Source: Lentisphaeria bacterium
Lineage (GTDB): Bacteria; Verrucomicrobiota; Lentisphaeria; JABSQK01; JAWLHB01
Direction of reading: 5' to 3'
Length of the DNA stretch: 64,000 nucleotides
NCBI GenBank assembly: GCA_041690595.1
Contig: JAWLHB010000018.1
Coordinates: forward strand, 62,001-126,000
The translations under genes were made by a program, and so were the position numbers. Under the pieces are notes generated by a model, which was not told where the DNA came from, searched no databases, and worked only from the letters and a program-made list of their open reading frames with translations. This document shows, piece by piece, positions 59,439 through 64,000 of this stretch; the stretch's first letter is position 1; each line of letters begins with the position of its first letter.

Positions 59439-61773
59439 ATCGCGTCTCCCTGTTAACCCCGCTCCACTGGAAGACCGGCAACTCTTTTGCTGCACCAAAC
59501 GCACTCAGGAGTTCTTTGTCCTCGGTTTGCTGGATGAGCGCCTTCATGGCGTCGAAGGCCACATGTACACCCTCAGCTCCAGTGTCCAACCCCAGCAGCT
59601 TCGGGATAAGCTTCTGTTCGATCTGGTCCGCCAGCGCGTGATTGAACTGCTCCGGTTGCTGGCTACCCGGGTAAGCAGCGACGTACGCCTCCACCGCATG
59701 CTGAATGCGGTAGCCGAACGGCCGGCCGATGCCCTGCATAGCACCATTCGCCTTGCCCAACGCGTCGCGAACCCGCTGGGCCTGGTCGGCCGGCATGGCG
59801 TGCTGCCGCCATGATTCCCAAGTCGACGCCTTCAGCCATTCGCTCCGTCCGAGACTTTCCATCTTCGGTGCGCGTTCAGTGGGTTTCTCCGGCTTACCGA
59901 AGCGCAATACATTGGCCCGGTCCACCACCTTGGGCGACAGCATCTGCGTCGTTTCGTCTTCGTTCATGGTACCCGCAAACAGAATGTTGGAGCCCACAAA
60001 CAAGCGCGTGGAGTGCTTCTTCGAGCCGACACCATTGCCATTGCCCGTTTCCGCAAAGGGGCCGCATTCGATCTCGATTTCGGCTTGCCGCCGTTTCTCG
60101 TCATCGCCCGGATCAAGTCCGCGCCGTACCTCCAGTTTGCTCAGCAGCTCGCTGAAATAGTACTCGATACGTGCCAGATTCATCTCGTCCAGCAGCACCA
60201 GCGCCAGCCCCTTCTGAAGGTCCCACTCAAGGGAGCCCTCCGCCGGCCTGCAGTTCCACTTATCCATCTGCCACAGCAGGCGGGCCAGCTCCGTCGCCTT
60301 GTAGCGGTTCTCCATGTAGTTGTAGAACCCAAACAAGTCCTGCGGGCCGTCCCATCGCGGCTGCACGGCCACATTCAGGAAGTGGATGCCCATGAAGTCC
60401 GCATACAGCCGCGGGAGCAGGCTCTTGCCGGTGCCGGAGATGCCGGCAAGCACTACCAGCGGCGATTGGTCGGCGATCTTCAGGCTCGTATGGAAGGCGC
60501 GTATCATGCGAGGGGAGAAGGCCAGCTCACGCTCCTGCAGCGCGTTCTCAAAGGCGCTCAGCAGCTCATCTTCGCCCTCGTGACTCCAAGCCAACGTCTC
60601 CTTCCCGGGCGTTATGTAGGGACGATGCAGGTCCTGTAGGCGCTTCTCCAGAGTCGGAGGCTCAACTGCCCGGCTCCAGTGTTCTAGCCGCTCAATGATC
60701 GCCTTATGCTGGCGCTCCGCCGCTTCCACAGCCGCTGCCAACTGCTTCAGTTCGGCCTGTTTACCACCAATCTGGCCCTGTAGCTCATGGCTCTTCTGAA
60801 TCAACTCCCGCTGCTCGCGCTCTGCGCGTTCTACCTTCTGCTTTAACTCCTCAAGTTGAGCTCGCGACTTCTCGATCTCCTCCCAGATTTCCGCAAGGCG
60901 CTTTTCGGATGTCTGAAGATCCAATTCCTTTTCATTCGTCAGTCTCTTCAGTGCGTCGAGACGGCCTGTAGCCAGCTCGCACTTCTCTTCAGTTGCCGTA
61001 AGGGTCGATGTGAGCTGGGACAGCCTTGCCTTACCATCCTCTAGCTCCGCCTGCAACGCACGGTTCTGTTGTTTCAGCGTGTGGTGCTCACGCGTAGCAC
61101 CATCCAAACGATCCTTGGTCTCCTGCAACTGTGCCCGCGATGTCTCGACGTCTTTCGATATCTCCGAAAGCTGCTTGCTGGCAGTCTGAAGGTCCAACTC
61201 CGCCTGATGCTTCTGCTTCTTCAGCTCTGCAACGGAGTTCTCGGCAGTCTGGATGTGCTCCTGCAAGCTATTGTGCTGCTCACGCAGGTCCTTCAGGTGG
61301 CGCTCTATAGAGTCTAGCTTTTCTTTTGAGTCGTTGCGGTCCTTGATCGTGTTCCGCAGTTCATCCTCCTCCTTCTGGCGCGCTTCCTGCGCCTTCATCA
61401 GTGCGGATTCTACCTCATCCAGAGCTTGGCGGGCGTTTTCGTGCTGGCTCTGTAGCTGTCCAATCTCGGAACGCAACTCGGCCAGCGTCATGCCGTTCTC
61501 CTCCAGCCACTGTTGCGCCTTTTCTGCCCGGTCCACCAGCTCCTGCTTTGCCTGTTTCTCGGCTCGATGGTCGCTCCTTAGCTGCTCCAGCGCCTGCCCC
61601 AGCCGCTCCTCTTCCGAAGAAAGGGCGCCCACCCGGCCCTCCAGCTCCTTGAGTTCCTTCCACTTGGGCATCTGCTGGCACAGGCGGAGGTACCAGGCGA
61701 ACATGCAAGCAGCAGCTATCAACGTAAAGCATGCTGCCCCGAGGGCGAGGTAGAATATCTGTACGGATGTCAT
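59413..61773 (-). CDS. McrB-family AAA+ GTPase with N-terminal TM helix and long coiled coil
   Basis: LAGISGTGKS Walker A, VQPRWDGPQDLFG, LLDEMNLARIEYYFS Walker B and GTMNEDETT...LSPKVVDRA (NxD signature). Confidence 0.92.
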   Translation of the reverse strand: MTSVQIFYLALGAACFTLIAAACMFAWYLRLCQQMPKWKELKELEGRVGALSSEEERLGQALEQLRSDHRAEKQAKQELVDRAEKAQQWLEENGMTLAELRSEIGQLQSQHENARQALDEVESALMKAQEARQKEEDELRNTIKDRNDSKEKLDSIERHLKDLREQHNSLQEHIQTAENSVAELKKQKHQAELDLQTASKQLSEISKDVETSRAQLQETKDRLDGATREHHTLKQQNRALQAELEDGKARLSQLTSTLTATEEKCELATGRLDALKRLTNEKELDLQTSEKRLAEIWEEIEKSRAQLEELKQKVERAEREQRELIQKSHELQGQIGGKQAELKQLAAAVEAAERQHKAIIERLEHWSRAVEPPTLEKRLQDLHRPYITPGKETLAWSHEGEDELLSAFENALQERELAFSPRMIRAFHTSLKIADQSPLVVLAGISGTGKSLLPRLYADFMGIHFLNVAVQPRWDGPQDLFGFYNYMENRYKATELARLLWQMDKWNCRPAEGSLEWDLQKGLALVLLDEMNLARIEYYFSELLSKLEVRRGLDPGDDEKRRQAEIEIECGPFAETGNGNGVGSKKHSTRLFVGSNILFAGTMNEDETTQMLSPKVVDRANVLRFGKPEKPTERAPKMESLGRSEWLKASTWESWRQHAMPADQAQRVRDALGKANGAMQGIGRPFGYRIQHAVEAYVAAYPGSQQPEQFNHALADQIEQKLIPKLLGLDTGAEGVHVAFDAMKALIQQTEDKELLSAFGAAKELPVFQWSGVNRETRYGAQSVPA

Positions 61774-63449
61774 TACGGGTTCTCCTCGCCAGCCGGCTGT
61801 TCAACGGGGGCGGCCTCCGCTGCCGCGGCTTGTCTCAGTGCTTCCAGTGCTGCTGCGAGCTCCTGCTTCTGCTTTGCCAGGCCCTCAACTTCATCCGCGA
61901 GCTGCTCACGCTGCTTGCGAATCTGGTTAAGCTCATCGCTTTCGGCTGTCTTCAGCACGCGCGACCTCGCCAGCTCGCTGTTGGCCAGTTCCAACTGCTG
62001 CTGAACGGTGGCCAGTCCCATCGCCTTGGCCTGCAGGGCATTCACATCGTCCTGGAGTGCCTGACGGCGCGCCACCAGCGCCCCCACCTCTCCAGCCGCT
62101 TGGCCCGACGCCTGCCTTTGTTCCTGGAGCGTATTGTTTGCTTCCGCAAGCTGCCGTTTGACTGCAGCGAGTCTATCCTCTTCAGCTTTCAGCATCTGCG
62201 ACACCGCCGCGAGCGCCTGCTGAGCTCGCTCCTGCTCTGCGACGGTGCGCTTCAGCGCCGCTTCCTCAAGACGCAGCGTCTCGACTCGGCTGCGGAGGGC
62301 TGTCAGCGTCTGTTCCTGTTCGCGCACCGCGTCCTGCTGCGTCTGCAGGGCCGTTGTCGCAGTGGCCAGCTGCTGTGCTGCATCCTGGGCGGCTTTCTGC
62401 TGTGCCTCAGCTCGGCTCTGCGCTCGCTCGGCCGCCTCCTCGGCTCGCGTCTTCTCCTCGCCGAGGCGGTGCACAGCGTCCGTCAGCGCTTCCTGTTGCG
62501 CCTTGCCTGCGGCAATCGCTGCCACCAGGCGGTCACGCTCCGTATGCTGTGCCTGCAGGTCCTCGCGGGTCTTCTCCAGCTCGCTGCTGACATCGGCAGT
62601 GGCCTTAAGCCGTGCCTCGCGGATAGCCTCGAGCTGTGCAAACTCCTTCTGCGCCTCGGCCACCTGCTGGGTCAGCTGTTTCAGCTCAGCAGCCTGCGAG
62701 GCGCGCGTCTCCAACTGCTCTTCCGTTTCAGCCAAGGCTGTCCGCTTCGCGCTGAGAGTCTCCTGAAGCTGTTGGTCGGTCTTCCGCAGTTCATCTACCC
62801 GCCCCTGCAGTTCCGCGGCAGCGGTCTCCAGCTCGTGCTGCGCTGCTCTTGCGCGTTGAGAAGCGAGTTCTGCATCCTTTTCTCGCGCTTCCGCGTCCTG
62901 CGCAGCAAGGCGTGCATCCTCCAGCTTTTGAGTCGCTTCGTCAACAGCGCGCTGAAGCCGCGTCAGGCTGTCATGGGCCTCCGCGGCGCTCTGCTTGCTT
63001 ACCGTGGACAGCTTCTGCAGCCTGTCCAACTCCACGAGTTGACTGGCGATCTCCTCACGCCGGCTAGTCAGGTGCTCACGGGCCGTCGCCAGCTCTGTCT
63101 CAAGGCGCGCCCGGTCGTCATCAAAGCGGGCCGACAGATCAGCCAGGCGCTGGTCACGCTCCTGCACCAGCGCTTGCAGCATGCTAAGGCGTTCGTCGCT
63201 GTGCTTCTGCCAGGCCTCCTGGTTGGCGCGTAGATTCGCCGCGTCCATGTCCAACTGGATCACGCGCTCACCCACCGTGGTCAGCGAGAAAACTGCAACG
63301 CCCGCTACCAGAAGAATGCCGAGAGCACCTGGCATCCAGGCTTTGCTGCCGCCTGGATCTGGCCTCTGTCCCGCCTCCCTGTGCGTGCCTGCACCATCTG
63401 CCGAAGGAGATGCCTTGTGCTGGTCCCCATAGTAGTCACCCTTCTCCAT
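61773..63449 (-). CDS. Single-TM long coiled-coil protein
   Basis: GALGILLVAGVAVFSL hydrophobic segment followed by ~480 aa of A/E/L/Q/R heptads. AGGAG RBS; TAATG overlap with the McrB-like gene. Confidence 0.85.
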   Translation of the reverse strand: MEKGDYYGDQHKASPSADGAGTHREAGQRPDPGGSKAWMPGALGILLVAGVAVFSLTTVGERVIQLDMDAANLRANQEAWQKHSDERLSMLQALVQERDQRLADLSARFDDDRARLETELATAREHLTSRREEIASQLVELDRLQKLSTVSKQSAAEAHDSLTRLQRAVDEATQKLEDARLAAQDAEAREKDAELASQRARAAQHELETAAAELQGRVDELRKTDQQLQETLSAKRTALAETEEQLETRASQAAELKQLTQQVAEAQKEFAQLEAIREARLKATADVSSELEKTREDLQAQHTERDRLVAAIAAGKAQQEALTDAVHRLGEEKTRAEEAAERAQSRAEAQQKAAQDAAQQLATATTALQTQQDAVREQEQTLTALRSRVETLRLEEAALKRTVAEQERAQQALAAVSQMLKAEEDRLAAVKRQLAEANNTLQEQRQASGQAAGEVGALVARRQALQDDVNALQAKAMGLATVQQQLELANSELARSRVLKTAESDELNQIRKQREQLADEVEGLAKQKQELAAALEALRQAAAAEAAPVEQPAGEENP

Positions 63450-63567
63450 CTGCTTCTCCTGAATAATCCCCCTACCATACGTGACCGCCGGTACGCATCA
63501 AGCGGGAGCGACCAATTTCCTCGATCTACCGCAAGATGAATCAACTGCATCTTCAGGCCACTCTACG

Positions 63568-64000
63568 TCACAGTTTTGCCAGCTCCAGGCGCTCTTTGCG
63601 GTGCTCGTAGTCGGGCATAACGCGGCGGAGAAGGGACCAGAACTCGGGACCGTGGTGGGGGTGCTTGAGGTGGCAGAGCTCGTGCACGATGACGTACTCG
63701 ATGCACAGCAGCGGTGCCTTCACCAGGTCCGGGTTCAGCACGATGGTTCCGGGGCGCGTGTAGCTGCCCCAGCGCTGCGGCATCTTGCGAAGCTTCACCT
63801 CCGGCAGGGGGATGCCCTCGTGGCGCAGCTTCTGGTGCTCGCGTTGGACCCGGTCGGCGAAGAGCGCCCGGGCGTGCTGGCGGTACCATAGCTCAACCCG
63901 CTGCGCGACCTTGCCGGCGTCCGTGGTGTCCTGCGTGTAGACGTGCAGATAGCGGCCGATCAGTTTTACCGCGGGTGCATCGGCCTGGTGCAGCTTGAGG
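63568..64000 (-). CDS. YgjP/DUF45 (SprT/M48-like) zinc metallopeptidase-domain protein, 5' end outside the window
   Basis: Frame is open to the window end. RWGS, YVIVHELCHL (HExxH), HGPEFW and MPDY motifs. Confidence 0.9.
   Translation of the reverse strand, partial: LKLHQADAPAVKLIGRYLHVYTQDTTDAGKVAQRVELWYRQHARALFADRVQREHQKLRHEGIPLPEVKLRKMPQRWGSYTRPGTIVLNPDLVKAPLLCIEYVIVHELCHLKHPHHGPEFWSLLRRVMPDYEHRKERLELAKL

Noticed and set aside
61773..63449. SMC / chromosome segregation protein
   Set aside because: No Walker motifs or hinge domain; only generic coiled-coil composition.

Overview
GC-rich bacterial DNA, probably from a PVC-superphylum organism (Lentisphaeria/Kiritimatiellia-like). That is inferred from the prepilin-type H-X9-DG protein, the DUF4838 protein, the sulfatase and the many secreted glycan-active proteins. 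There are three zones. (1) 1-22.8 kb: mixed housekeeping and stress genes (GH38-like, acylphosphatase, GT2, CoA-disulfide reductase-rhodanese, Cu P1B-ATPase, murF, gph, OsmC, MFS, LacI). Embedded in it is a three-gene HTH / pseudokinase-kinase-degenerate P-loop / partner module that looks like a stripped-down derivative of the MADS defence system. (2) 22.8-50.9 kb: a large glycan-utilisation region (pseudopilin-led operon, sulfatase, GH35, sialate O-acetylesterase, several large unclassified secreted proteins), interrupted by a ~850 bp cassette flanked by inverted repeats. (3) 51.4-64 kb: a tightly coupled five-gene defence operon (TM-coiled coil, TM-coiled coil-McrB GTPase, DUF2357/McrC-like, divergent Hsp70-fold protein, SF1 helicase-Vsr nuclease) that resembles the CoCoNuT class of McrBC systems, preceded by a YgjP metallopeptidase. 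No rRNA, tRNA, CRISPR array, integrase or transposase was recognised. All family calls come from motifs read by eye; no database searches were run.
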